Part shown: positions 47,915-56,381 of the stretch, piece by piece
Layout of the letters: each line of letters starts with the position of its first letter
Position numbering within the stretch: the first letter of the stretch is position 1
Source of the DNA: Thermoflexales bacterium
GTDB lineage: Bacteria > Chloroflexota > Anaerolineae > Fen-1058
Direction: 5' to 3'
DNA length: 64,000 nucleotides
Assembly (NCBI GenBank): GCA_034434835.1
Contig: DAOTXX010000019.1
Location: 21,361-85,360 of the forward strand
The notes under the pieces: generated by a model
What the model was told of the DNA's origin: nothing
What the model saw: only the letters and a program-made list of their open reading frames with translations
Database searches by the model: none
Position numbers and translations under genes: made by a program

Positions 47915-50197
47915 ATGTCACGATACATCGCAACACGCGCCATTCGCGGCGCCAATGCTCTCGTGGCCGAGGCGGATGCCTTGCTGGCCAAGACCATCGC
48001 CGAAAAGGGAGCCGATACGCCCGTGGCCTTTCCCAACACCGCCTACTACCTGCCGGTGGCTTTGGGGATGCTCGGGCATGAGGTGAGCAAACTGGGCGAC
48101 CTGGTACCGGTGATGGACTATGCCAAAAAGCTGCTGCACCCGGTGCCGAACGGCCAGGTCTGGGTTCCTTACTTGGGTGAGACGCTGGACGCCGGACAGG
48201 CGACCCTGCTGGCCGCTGAAACCATCGAAGGTGTTCGCTTTGCGTTAGGGCAGCAGCCGGAGCCTTATCCCGGCTTTCATCTGGCCGGCGGCACTTCGTT
48301 CACCAGCCCCGAGTTCGAGGCGGCGGCCGGCGATGGCCATCTCAACGGCCCGATTGACGACATCCAACTGCGCAGTTGGGGCATCCAGTTGGTGGATGGC
48401 CGGATGCCCGGCTTTGCGGCCATCGTCGGCGCGGCGCGCACCAACCAAGCCGCCGTGGCCATTGTGCGCGAACTTCAACAGCGCAACATCCTGGTCTTTC
48501 TCTCCGGCAACGTCAATGGCCGCTCGATCATTGACCAGTTGAATGAAGAAGGCGTGGAGATGGGGTACGACACTTACATCGTCCCCTTTGGGCGCGACAC
48601 GATCTCGGCCATCTATGCCCTGGGTTTTGCCACCCGCTCGGCGCTGACGTTTGGCGGCATGAAGGGCGGCCAATGGCGCAAGATTTTGCTCTATAACAAG
48701 TTCCGCGTCTTTGCCTTTGTCCTGGCGTTGGGCGAGGTAGATGACTTGAAGTATGCGGCGGCGGCCGGGGCGATCTCGTATGGCTTCCCCACCATCGCCG
48801 ATACCGTCATTCCGCAGATCCTCCCCACGGGCGTCACCCGCTACGAGCACGTGATCTCGATGCCGTGGAACGAGATAGACGCCGAGACCGACGAGGAGAA
48901 AGCGGCCAAGCTCGTCCAGCGCTGCATCGAGGTGCGCGGCGTCAAGGTGCGGATCACCCAGGTGCCCATCCCGGTGCCTTACGGTTCCGCGTTCGAAGGC
49001 GAAGTCGTCCGCAAGCAGGATATGCGCGTCGAGTTCGGCGGCAAACACTCGCGCTGCTTCGAGTACCTCAAGATGGCCGATTTCGACGCGGTGCAGGACG
49101 GCAAGATCACGATCGTCGGCCCGGGCTTTGAAAACGTCGAGCCGCAGGGCGCGACGGACATGGGCATCGTCGTCGAGGTGGCCGGCCGCAAGATGCAAAA
49201 GGACTTTGAGCCGGTGCTGGAGCGGCAAATCCACCACTTTGTCAACGGCGCGTCGGGCATCCAGCACATCGGCCAGCGCGACATTGCCTGGATCCGCATC
49301 AGCAACACTGCCGCCGACAAGGGTTTTACGCTGAAGCACTTTGGGGAGATCCTCATCGCGCGCTTCAAGTCCGACTTTGGCGCGATCGTGGACAAGGTGC
49401 AGGTCACGATCTATACCGAGCCGAACGAGTTTGCCAGGCAGTTAGAGAGCGCCCGCGCGGCGTACCAGGAGCGCAACATCCGTCTGGCCGATATGACCGA
49501 TGAGAGCGTGGATGTGTTCTATTCGTGCACGCTGTGTCAGAGTTTTGCGCCGACGCACGTGTGCGTCGTCAGCCCGCAGCGGCTGGGCCTGTGCGGTGCC
49601 TACAACTGGCTGGACTGCAAGGCCAGTTTCGAGATCAACCCGACTGGCCCCAACCAACCGATCCCCAAGGGACAGACGATAGACGAGTGGAAAGGCGTCT
49701 TTAGCGGCCCGGTCGAGTTCGTCTACGACCACAGCCAGCGCACGGTGGATAGCGTCACGATGTACTCGATCATGGAAAAGCCGATGACGGCCTGCGGCTG
49801 CTTCGAGTGCATCGCCATGCTCATCCCCGAAGCGAACGGCATCATGGTCGTCAGCCGCGAAGACCCAAGCATGACACCCGCGGGCATGACGTTCTCGACA
49901 TTGGCGGGCATGGCCGGCGGCGGCCTGCAGACGCCGGGCGTCATGGGCGTGGGCAAGTATTTCTTGACCAGCCCCAAGTTCATCCGCGCCGATGGCGGCT
50001 TCAAGCGCGTGGTGTGGATGTCGTCCGTCCTCAAAGAGACGATGGCGGCCGAACTGCAAGCTGTGTGCGAACGCGAAGGCGATCCTGATCTGATTGCCAA
50101 GATCGCCGACGAACGTGCAGTCACGTCGGTGGACGAGTTGCTGGCCTGGCTCGAAGAGCATCAGCATCCTGCGCTCACGATGCCGCCGATATTCTAA
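47915..50197 (+). CDS. acsB: Acetyl-CoA synthase (CODH/ACS alpha subunit, A-cluster)
   Basis: The A-cluster cysteine motif is CTLCQSFAPTHVCVVSPQRLGLCGAYNWLDC. The protein is 760 aa. Confidence 0.9.
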   Translation: MSRYIATRAIRGANALVAEADALLAKTIAEKGADTPVAFPNTAYYLPVALGMLGHEVSKLGDLVPVMDYAKKLLHPVPNGQVWVPYLGETLDAGQATLLAAETIEGVRFALGQQPEPYPGFHLAGGTSFTSPEFEAAAGDGHLNGPIDDIQLRSWGIQLVDGRMPGFAAIVGAARTNQAAVAIVRELQQRNILVFLSGNVNGRSIIDQLNEEGVEMGYDTYIVPFGRDTISAIYALGFATRSALTFGGMKGGQWRKILLYNKFRVFAFVLALGEVDDLKYAAAAGAISYGFPTIADTVIPQILPTGVTRYEHVISMPWNEIDAETDEEKAAKLVQRCIEVRGVKVRITQVPIPVPYGSAFEGEVVRKQDMRVEFGGKHSRCFEYLKMADFDAVQDGKITIVGPGFENVEPQGATDMGIVVEVAGRKMQKDFEPVLERQIHHFVNGASGIQHIGQRDIAWIRISNTAADKGFTLKHFGEILIARFKSDFGAIVDKVQVTIYTEPNEFARQLESARAAYQERNIRLADMTDESVDVFYSCTLCQSFAPTHVCVVSPQRLGLCGAYNWLDCKASFEINPTGPNQPIPKGQTIDEWKGVFSGPVEFVYDHSQRTVDSVTMYSIMEKPMTACGCFECIAMLIPEANGIMVVSREDPSMTPAGMTFSTLAGMAGGGLQTPGVMGVGKYFLTSPKFIRADGGFKRVVWMSSVLKETMAAELQAVCEREGDPDLIAKIADERAVTSVDELLAWLEEHQHPALTMPPIF

Positions 50198-50209
50198 AGG
50201 CGAAAGGTT

Positions 50210-50256
50210 GAAGGATGAAGGATGAAGGCGGGAAGGTTTTTCGTCCTTCATCCTTC
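50210..50256. repeat. Heptamer-periodic hairpin (GAAGGAT x2...ATCCTTC) acting as probable terminator after acsB
   Basis: The sequence reads GAAGGATGAAGGATGAAGGCGGGAAGGTTTTTCGTCCTTCATCCTTC. Confidence 0.55.
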
Positions 50257-50364
50257 CTCAGTATGACCCCGACGTCGCGCAGACCGATCGGGGTTTCTGT
50301 CTGTCATCGCTTGCCAGTTTAGGGTATAATAATGTGACGTGGTAGGTGATATGTAAACAGTTAG

Positions 50365-51471
50365 ATGGAGCGTGTAATGACTGGGCAACGATCTCGATCC
50401 AAAACCCTGATTAGCTGTATCACCGTGATTGTCGCCATTGCACTGGGGCATGGATTATCTACAAGCGACGCTCGAACACTTCCACGAACAACATTTCTTT
50501 CTCCACAACAACAATTGACGCCACGAGCTTGGTTACCCATTGTCATGAACAATTTCCCGCCTGTTCCGACTATATCTCGTTACCTGGCTAACACAAATAC
50601 TGTGAGTTATTCCTTTCTCTATAATCTTGGCTACAGCAGAGGACAGGCAACCTCGGCTGGCCAAAATGTCGTTATCATCCTTGATTTTGGCTATCCTGAC
50701 TATGATCCAGCGACGGGGCAGTATGGCGCAACGCTTCTTGTTGATAGAACTTTTCACAGCACTAGTGACATTTTGTATGCTGTTGAAGGATTTCTTTCTG
50801 GCTTCTATGCAGGCTCTCCCGCTGGTGCGCATCTCACACTTGCCATTGGAGTAAACAACAATGGTGCTGGCGTCACGGGGCCACATGGCGCGGCATGGGC
50901 GCAAACTGTGAATGGTCTGAATAGCTGGATCAGTATTCCACCAAGCTACGCGGACAAACTTGCTGTATGGGGAGCTATAGACGCCGAACTTCCGTGGAAT
51001 AACGCACAGGTCACACGCGCGTGGGTAGACGGTTATCAATCTACTTACGCGTTTGGTTCGTTCTACCTAAACTTTGGTTCGTGCGATGGTTGTCCAGTTG
51101 CAATGTGTCCTTCTCCAGATCATTCTGTGGGCTATGGTTGGACGTGCGATGACATCTGGTATGTGTCTTACGGCGCGACACCAGCGTACCCGATGCCCGA
51201 GATTTACTTGACAAGCGGCATAAACGCTGCTCAATGGTATGGAATGAGCTTGTATGCTTATAGCAATCACGGCGCCCGCATGAACTTTCGCGGTTCGGTA
51301 ACGCAATGGAATGCCTGCCAAGAACAAACTGATCCCAATGCATGCATCTATCCTGTCAGGACTGATAATATGCCCGCACAAGGCTACTTGCAGTTGTACA
51401 ACGCGATCAATGCCGACTGGCGAACAGCGGCGACAATGCCTTGGTCAACTGACATGAGTTGGCAAAAATAG
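50365..51471 (+). CDS. Low-GC insertion gene 1: signal-anchored Cys-rich secreted protein of unknown function (contains LPIVMNN motif after the TM helix)
   Basis: The TM helix is LISCITVIVAIALG. The protein is 368 aa and Gly/Tyr/Trp/Asn-rich, with Cys pairs (GSCDGCPVAMCPS; NACQEQTDPNAC). The A/T-rich codon usage is unlike its neighbours. Confidence 0.6.
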   Translation: MERVMTGQRSRSKTLISCITVIVAIALGHGLSTSDARTLPRTTFLSPQQQLTPRAWLPIVMNNFPPVPTISRYLANTNTVSYSFLYNLGYSRGQATSAGQNVVIILDFGYPDYDPATGQYGATLLVDRTFHSTSDILYAVEGFLSGFYAGSPAGAHLTLAIGVNNNGAGVTGPHGAAWAQTVNGLNSWISIPPSYADKLAVWGAIDAELPWNNAQVTRAWVDGYQSTYAFGSFYLNFGSCDGCPVAMCPSPDHSVGYGWTCDDIWYVSYGATPAYPMPEIYLTSGINAAQWYGMSLYAYSNHGARMNFRGSVTQWNACQEQTDPNACIYPVRTDNMPAQGYLQLYNAINADWRTAATMPWSTDMSWQK

Positions 51472-51489
51472 AAGGAAAGCGAGGTATCT

Positions 51490-52260
51490 ATGGTCTCCAG
51501 TGTAACTAGTTCTCGCCTAGAACAAGAACGAATGAGTGCTATGCTGGGTGTTCTTTTGCCGTGCGTATTATTCGTGTTGTGTTTGTTTCTGTCTGCATGT
51601 TTTGTTCCACCCGAATCAGGTTTAGCGCCTACTGTGGCTTTGCAAACTTCTGCATTGGATGCTACGCAAACTGCGGGCAGGGTATTGGCTTCTACTAAAG
51701 AAGCATCATTGAAAATGGCACAGCAAACGGCGGAAAGTGCTCGCTTAACGCCCCAACCTACTGGCTGGGCCATAAAGTTAACACCAAGTGTGGTTATAGT
51801 GTCTACACCCGCCCCGGCCATTTTTGTTCCTGAACGGCAAAGCACACCAGCAGGGGCAGGCGCTATCTTGAACGTCAAGTTAATACCACCGTTTTACACA
51901 CATGATTTTATTGTTGAGAACGTTTGGTATAGAGACTTTGATGGAGGAATCCAACGCGTATACGTTTACGGTGGATTCATACCCGATCCAAAGGGAGCGC
52001 CTACACCGCAAGGAGTAGTAGTTGTTCAGGTATTAAAAATGGATGCTCAAGGAAATCCGCAAATGATCTATTATGGGCGTTTTCCTACTCAGATGCAGGC
52101 AGGGCCAGTGCGCGTCACGGACGCAGTTGGCGAACGGTTGGTTCTTGAATCAACCAATGGGACTAGATTTTATTTTGATGTTCCATTACGCCAGTTTGTG
52201 CCTTCGCTCACGTGGGTTAGTCCCGTTGCAACACCTAGCCCGCAACCTGCCCGACCCTAA
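51490..52260 (+). CDS. Low-GC insertion gene 2: putative lipoprotein of unknown function
   Basis: The N-terminus is MLGVLLPCVLFVLCLFLSAC, with LSAC as the lipobox. The protein is 256 aa, and its AT-rich composition matches gene 1. Confidence 0.55.
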   Translation: MVSSVTSSRLEQERMSAMLGVLLPCVLFVLCLFLSACFVPPESGLAPTVALQTSALDATQTAGRVLASTKEASLKMAQQTAESARLTPQPTGWAIKLTPSVVIVSTPAPAIFVPERQSTPAGAGAILNVKLIPPFYTHDFIVENVWYRDFDGGIQRVYVYGGFIPDPKGAPTPQGVVVVQVLKMDAQGNPQMIYYGRFPTQMQAGPVRVTDAVGERLVLESTNGTRFYFDVPLRQFVPSLTWVSPVATPSPQPARP

Positions 52261-52380
52261 TGTGCTCAATCAAAATTGACCGAGCCGATCCGGTCAACCA
52301 TTGTGCTGTCACTGCCAGAATAACACAATTGCCCGACGAATCGTTTGATTTCTCAAAGACACTAAAGGAGGTCATCCATC

Positions 52381-53331
52381 ATGCCTGTCACCATCGAAAT
52401 CCCCAAAGAAAAATGGACTGGCAGGGTCCGTGAAATCACATTGGGCGCGACCGCTGCCGAAGGCGGGTCACGCAAAAAGACGGTTACCGTGGGCGGTGAA
52501 GCGACATTGCCCTTTTTGCATTTTGAAGGCGCGATCCCGCACCCGCCGGCGATCGCCCTCGAAATCAAAAGCCGCAAGCCCGATGACTGGTCGCCATTGC
52601 TGCTGCACGCCTGGGGCGAGGCAGCCAATGATCCGGGCGAGTGGGCCGGGGCCGCGGAAGCCGCTGGCGCGGACATTATCCTTCTGACGCTTTCCCTCCA
52701 GGACACGCCCGACGAGGCCAAGGCCGCGCTCAAGAAGGTGTTGGGCGTCACCGGGTTGCCGGTGGCGGTCTTTGGCCCCGGTCAGGCCGATAAGGACAAT
52801 GAACTGCTGGTGCCGGTCGCCGAAGCAGGCGCCGGCGAAAAGCTGCTGCTGGGCGTGTGCGAGGACAAGAACTATCGCACCATCGTCGCCGCTGCGCTCG
52901 CGCACGGCCACCTGGTAGACAGCCGCACGCCGATGGACGTGAACCTGTCCAAGCAGCTCATCATCCTCATCAAAGACATGGGCATGCCGCTGGAACGCAT
53001 CATCATGGATCCGAGCACGGGCGCGTTGGGCTATGGCATTGAATACGGCTATTCGGTGATGGAGCGCCTGAGGCTGGCCGCGCTGGGCGGAGACGGCATG
53101 ACGCAGCAGCCGATGCTCGTCACGGTGGGCGAGGAAGCCTGGAAGGTCAAAGAGGCCAAGGTTGGCGAAGGCGTCCCGGCGGCGTGGGGCGATTGGAAAG
53201 AACGCTCTATCAACTGGGAAGTGCTCACTGCGTCCGCCCTGATCGAATCCGGCGCGGACATTCTCGTCATGCGCCACCCCGAATCGGTCAAGCGCGTCAA
53301 GGCTATGATCGCCGAGCTGATGACAAAATAA
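52381..53331 (+). CDS. acsD: Corrinoid iron-sulfur protein small subunit (CODH/ACS delta; AcsD)
   Basis: The protein aligns with Moorella AcsD along its full length (LGATAAEGGSRKKTVTVGGEATLPFLHFEG; IDPSTGALGYGIEYGYSVMERLRLAAL; ILVMRHPESV). The RBS is AAAGGAGG. Confidence 0.9.
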   Translation: MPVTIEIPKEKWTGRVREITLGATAAEGGSRKKTVTVGGEATLPFLHFEGAIPHPPAIALEIKSRKPDDWSPLLLHAWGEAANDPGEWAGAAEAAGADIILLTLSLQDTPDEAKAALKKVLGVTGLPVAVFGPGQADKDNELLVPVAEAGAGEKLLLGVCEDKNYRTIVAAALAHGHLVDSRTPMDVNLSKQLIILIKDMGMPLERIIMDPSTGALGYGIEYGYSVMERLRLAALGGDGMTQQPMLVTVGEEAWKVKEAKVGEGVPAAWGDWKERSINWEVLTASALIESGADILVMRHPESVKRVKAMIAELMTK

Positions 53332-53337
53332 TCAAGG

Positions 53338-53565
53338 GTGACACACCCTATGGAGGATACTATGGCTGGGATGACCTGGGAGATGTTTTTCCAGATGATG
53401 ATGGCGGAAGAAAACGCCGCCCGTGACAAGTACAGGCTGGCGATGGAAAACGCCGAATCGCCAGAATTGAAAAAGGTCATGGAGCGACTGATGAACGAAG
53501 AAGCCGTTCACGCCGAAGTGCTGAGAGGCGAGTACGAACGGCTAACTAAAAAGATGAAGGTTTGA
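53338..53565 (+). CDS. Small helical ferritin-like/rubrerythrin-like hairpin protein (single ExxH)
   Basis: It is 75 aa. Two helices are predicted, carrying E..Y (MAEENAARDKY) and ExxH (EEAVHAE). Confidence 0.4.
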   Translation: MTHPMEDTMAGMTWEMFFQMMMAEENAARDKYRLAMENAESPELKKVMERLMNEEAVHAEVLRGEYERLTKKMKV

Positions 53566-53574
53566 GGAAAAGCA

Positions 53575-53811
53575 ATGGTTTCCGCGGAAGAGTACGCACG
53601 GATGAAAGAAGTGGTTGAGACGATCAGCCACTATGCTCAAATCTATCACAGCGGGACAGTCGAGTTGGCAGACTTTGACGGCGAGCACGTCAAAGTCAAG
53701 ATGGGTGGCGCGTGCGAAGGCTGCCCGCTCCTGCCGTGGACGCTCAAAATGACGGTCGAGCGCACCATCCACGATCTGTTCCCCAATGTGAAATCGGTCG
53801 AGGCTGTCTGA
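53575..53811 (+). CDS. NifU-like (Nfu) Fe-S cluster scaffold domain protein
   Basis: The protein is 78 aa. It reads VELADFDGEHVKVKMGGACEGCPLLPWTLKMTVERTIHDLFPNVKSVEAV, with the NifU C-terminal CxxC motif. Confidence 0.75.
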   Translation: MVSAEEYARMKEVVETISHYAQIYHSGTVELADFDGEHVKVKMGGACEGCPLLPWTLKMTVERTIHDLFPNVKSVEAV

Positions 53812-53872
53812 GTCAAACGTCGAGCGTCAAACGTCATGACGTCTTGCGTTTGACGTTTCACGTCTGATACCA
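53812..53872. repeat. Heptamer-periodic hairpin (GTCAAACGTC x2 / GACGTTTGACGTTTCACGTC) after nfu
   Basis: The sequence reads TGAGTCAAACGTCGAGCGTCAAACGTCATGACGTCTTGCGTTTGACGTTTCACGTCTGA. Confidence 0.55.
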
Positions 53873-53887
53873 CAAGGAGAACACACC

Positions 53888-55261
53888 ATGGCCCTTTCTG
53901 GACTCGAAATCTACAAGTTGCTCCCCGGTGGGCTAAAGCCGCCACATCCCAAAGCCAACTGCAAGGAATGTGGCTTTCCCACCTGCCTGGCGTTTGCGAT
54001 GAAGCTGGCTGCCAAGCAAGCCGAGCTCGGTCTGTGCAAGTACGTCAGCGACGAGGCGAAGGAAAAGCTGGAGGCTTCGGCCGCGCCGCCGATCCGCCTC
54101 ATCGCCTTGACCGCCGGTGATCGCAAGGCGCAGGCAGGTAACGAGATCGTCTTGTTCCGGCACGAAAAGACCTTTTTCAACCGGCCCGGCTTGTTTGTTC
54201 GGATCAAAGACACGCTGCCTGAAGCCGAAGCCAAAGCGCTGATCGATCAGGTCGCCCATTACATGGTGGACTATGTCGGCATTGAGCTGAGGATGGACGG
54301 CCTGGCGGTCGAAGCTGCGTCGGGCGATGCCGGCAAATTTGCGAACATGGTCAAGCTGGCCGCTGCCGCCAGGCTGCCGCTTGTCCTGATGGCAAGCGAC
54401 AAGGCGGTCATGGAAGCGGGTCTCAATGCGGCGGCGCCCATCGTCCCGCTGCTCTATGCGGCGGACGAATCCAACTGGCAGGCGATGAGCGAGTTGGCCA
54501 AGGCCAAGAATGCCCCGCTGGCGCTGCGGGGCAAAGGCGACTTGCAAGCTCTGGCGAACCTGGCCGATCAGGTCAAGAACGCCGGGCTGCAAGACCTGGT
54601 GCTCGACCCGGGCGCGCGCGGCTTTGCCGATAGTCTGCAAATCGCCACACAGATGCGACGACTGGCGATCAAGGCCAATCAGCGCGCGTGTGGCTTTCCG
54701 CTCATCACCTTCCCTGGCGAAGGCCCTGGCCCCGAGCTGGAAGCGTCGCTCGCCGCGCAGCATATTGCCAAGTACGGCGGCTTTGTCGTGCTCGACCACT
54801 TTAGCCCGGCGCTAGCCTACCCTCTGCTCGTCTTGCGGCAGAACATTTACACCGATCCACAAAAACCGGTCCAGGTGCAGCCCGGCATTTACGAGATCAA
54901 CAATCCCAAGCCGGAATCGCCAGTGTTTGTGACGACCAACTTTTCGATCACCTACTTTGCCGTCAAGAACGAAGTGGAAGGCAGCGGCATCCCGGCCTGG
55001 CTGCTCATCGCCGACGCCGAAGGTATGTCCGTGCTCACGGCCTGGGCCGCGGGCAAGTTCGATGCGGACAAGATCGTCAAGACGGTCAAGACCTCCAACA
55101 TCGAAAGCAAGATCGGTCACAAAAAGATCGTTATCCCCGGTGCAGTGGCTGTGCTTTCGGGCGAGGTCGAAGGCGAACTGCCCGGCTGGAACATCATGGT
55201 CGGCCCGCGCGAGGCCGTGGACATTCCATCGTACTACAAGAATGTGTGGAAGGCAGCCTGA
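53888..55261 (+). CDS. acsC: Corrinoid iron-sulfur protein large subunit (CODH/ACS gamma; AcsC)
   Basis: The N-terminal 4Fe-4S motif reads CKECGFPTCLAFAMKLA...CKYVSDEA, and the TIM-barrel region includes VLDPGARGFADSLQ. The protein is 457 aa with full-length similarity to Moorella AcsC. The RBS is AAGGAG. Confidence 0.9.
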   Translation: MALSGLEIYKLLPGGLKPPHPKANCKECGFPTCLAFAMKLAAKQAELGLCKYVSDEAKEKLEASAAPPIRLIALTAGDRKAQAGNEIVLFRHEKTFFNRPGLFVRIKDTLPEAEAKALIDQVAHYMVDYVGIELRMDGLAVEAASGDAGKFANMVKLAAAARLPLVLMASDKAVMEAGLNAAAPIVPLLYAADESNWQAMSELAKAKNAPLALRGKGDLQALANLADQVKNAGLQDLVLDPGARGFADSLQIATQMRRLAIKANQRACGFPLITFPGEGPGPELEASLAAQHIAKYGGFVVLDHFSPALAYPLLVLRQNIYTDPQKPVQVQPGIYEINNPKPESPVFVTTNFSITYFAVKNEVEGSGIPAWLLIADAEGMSVLTAWAAGKFDADKIVKTVKTSNIESKIGHKKIVIPGAVAVLSGEVEGELPGWNIMVGPREAVDIPSYYKNVWKAA

Positions 55262-55548
55262 CCTATCAGCGGGAGGGGGCTTTGGGACGTTTAAAGCCTC
55301 AGGCCCTTGAATATTTGCGCGGATATGCTCTGGCAGGCGAGTTCTTGAACGCCGAGCGCACAGAGCGTTTGGCGCGTATGACGCCGGAAGAGTCCAGAGC
55401 CATCTTTGACCAGTTGTGCGAGATATGGAATCGCACCGGGAGCAAGACGGGTGGTCATTTGGACGCGCTCGATGAATTGCGAGTTCGGTCGCTTTTCGCA
55501 CAGCGCCGCGCATTCGAGTTGTATGCCACGTCCAGGGGGCTGGTGTGA
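55246..55548 (+). CDS. Small helical protein, putative antitoxin-like partner of the downstream nucleotidyltransferase
   Basis: It is 100 aa. Its stop overlaps the next start (ATGA), and it begins inside the last codons of acsC. Confidence 0.4.
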   Translation: MEGSLTYQREGALGRLKPQALEYLRGYALAGEFLNAERTERLARMTPEESRAIFDQLCEIWNRTGSKTGGHLDALDELRVRSLFAQRRAFELYATSRGLV

Positions 55549-56117
55549 ATCCGCAGTTAGAGGCTGCCTGGGAGCTGCACCAGTTCCTGACGAGAGCGGG
55601 TATCCCGTATGGGATCATTGGAGGAATCGCGGTTCAGTTTTGGGGACGGCCACGCTTGACTGAGGATGTGGATTTGACCATTGCTGTTCCACTGGACGAA
55701 TCAGAACCGGTGGTACGCGCTATCGTTGAACGCTTTCATTCCCGTCACCCTGATCCGCTGGATTTTGCTCGCCGTACGCGGGTTGTGTTAATTCACGCTT
55801 CCAATGGATGTCCAGTGGATATTTCTCTGGCGCTGCCCGGCTATGAGGATGAAATGATGCGCCGGACTGTGAACTATGAGATTGAGCAAGGCCAAGTCGT
55901 GCGGCTTTGTTCAGCCGAAGACCTGATTATTCACAAAGCGGTAGCGGGCCGACCTCAAGACGTGGCTGACATAGAAGGTGTTGTCTATCGTCAGCAAGAC
56001 AGGCTCGACGTGAGCTATATCCGGCTGTGGCTGCGTGAGTTTGCGGCTTTGCTGGGGCAACCCGAGCGAATCGAGCTATTTGAGAAACCATGGCGAGAGT
56101 TACATTCGACCGCGTGA
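55545..56117 (+). CDS. Minimal nucleotidyltransferase-fold protein (AbiEii/MNT-like toxin family)
   Basis: It is 190 aa. The GG..(x)n..DVD motif (GGIAVQFWGRPRLTEDVDLTI) is typical of pol-beta-type nucleotidyltransferases in TA modules. Confidence 0.5.
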   Translation: MNPQLEAAWELHQFLTRAGIPYGIIGGIAVQFWGRPRLTEDVDLTIAVPLDESEPVVRAIVERFHSRHPDPLDFARRTRVVLIHASNGCPVDISLALPGYEDEMMRRTVNYEIEQGQVVRLCSAEDLIIHKAVAGRPQDVADIEGVVYRQQDRLDVSYIRLWLREFAALLGQPERIELFEKPWRELHSTA

Positions 56118-56126
56118 GGTTAAGGG

Positions 56127-56348
56127 ATGGTTGACAAGTTTGAAGGGATTCCGCCCGAGCTGCGCCCTCAGCCCGCGTGCTGGTTCTGCAACGAAGAGCG
56201 CCCGTGCACTTGGGCCTGTCTGGGGACCGATAGCCTCCTGGCCGGCTCGATGTGGATCGCCGAGGAGATGTTGGCGGATTTCGATCAAGCGGAAGCCGAG
56301 GCGCCCGCTGTCGCGTTGGTCACCCGGCGCATCGTCGAGAGCTTCTAG
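56127..56348 (+). CDS. Small Cys-rich hypothetical protein (CWFCx5Cx3C)
   Basis: It is 73 aa, with four Cys in the pattern CWFCNEERPCTWAC suggesting a zinc-ribbon-like knuckle. A GGG-rich RBS is present. Confidence 0.35.
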   Translation: MVDKFEGIPPELRPQPACWFCNEERPCTWACLGTDSLLAGSMWIAEEMLADFDQAEAEAPAVALVTRRIVESF

Positions 56349-56381
56349 TTCCCCTGAATCCCCCAAGTTCCAGGACAAGTC

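Noticed and set aside
50262-52380. Low-GC insertion as an IS element or integrated prophage fragment
   Set aside because: No transposase, integrase or recombinase ORF is present. No terminal inverted or direct repeats are convincing by eye. It is called only a compositionally foreign insertion.
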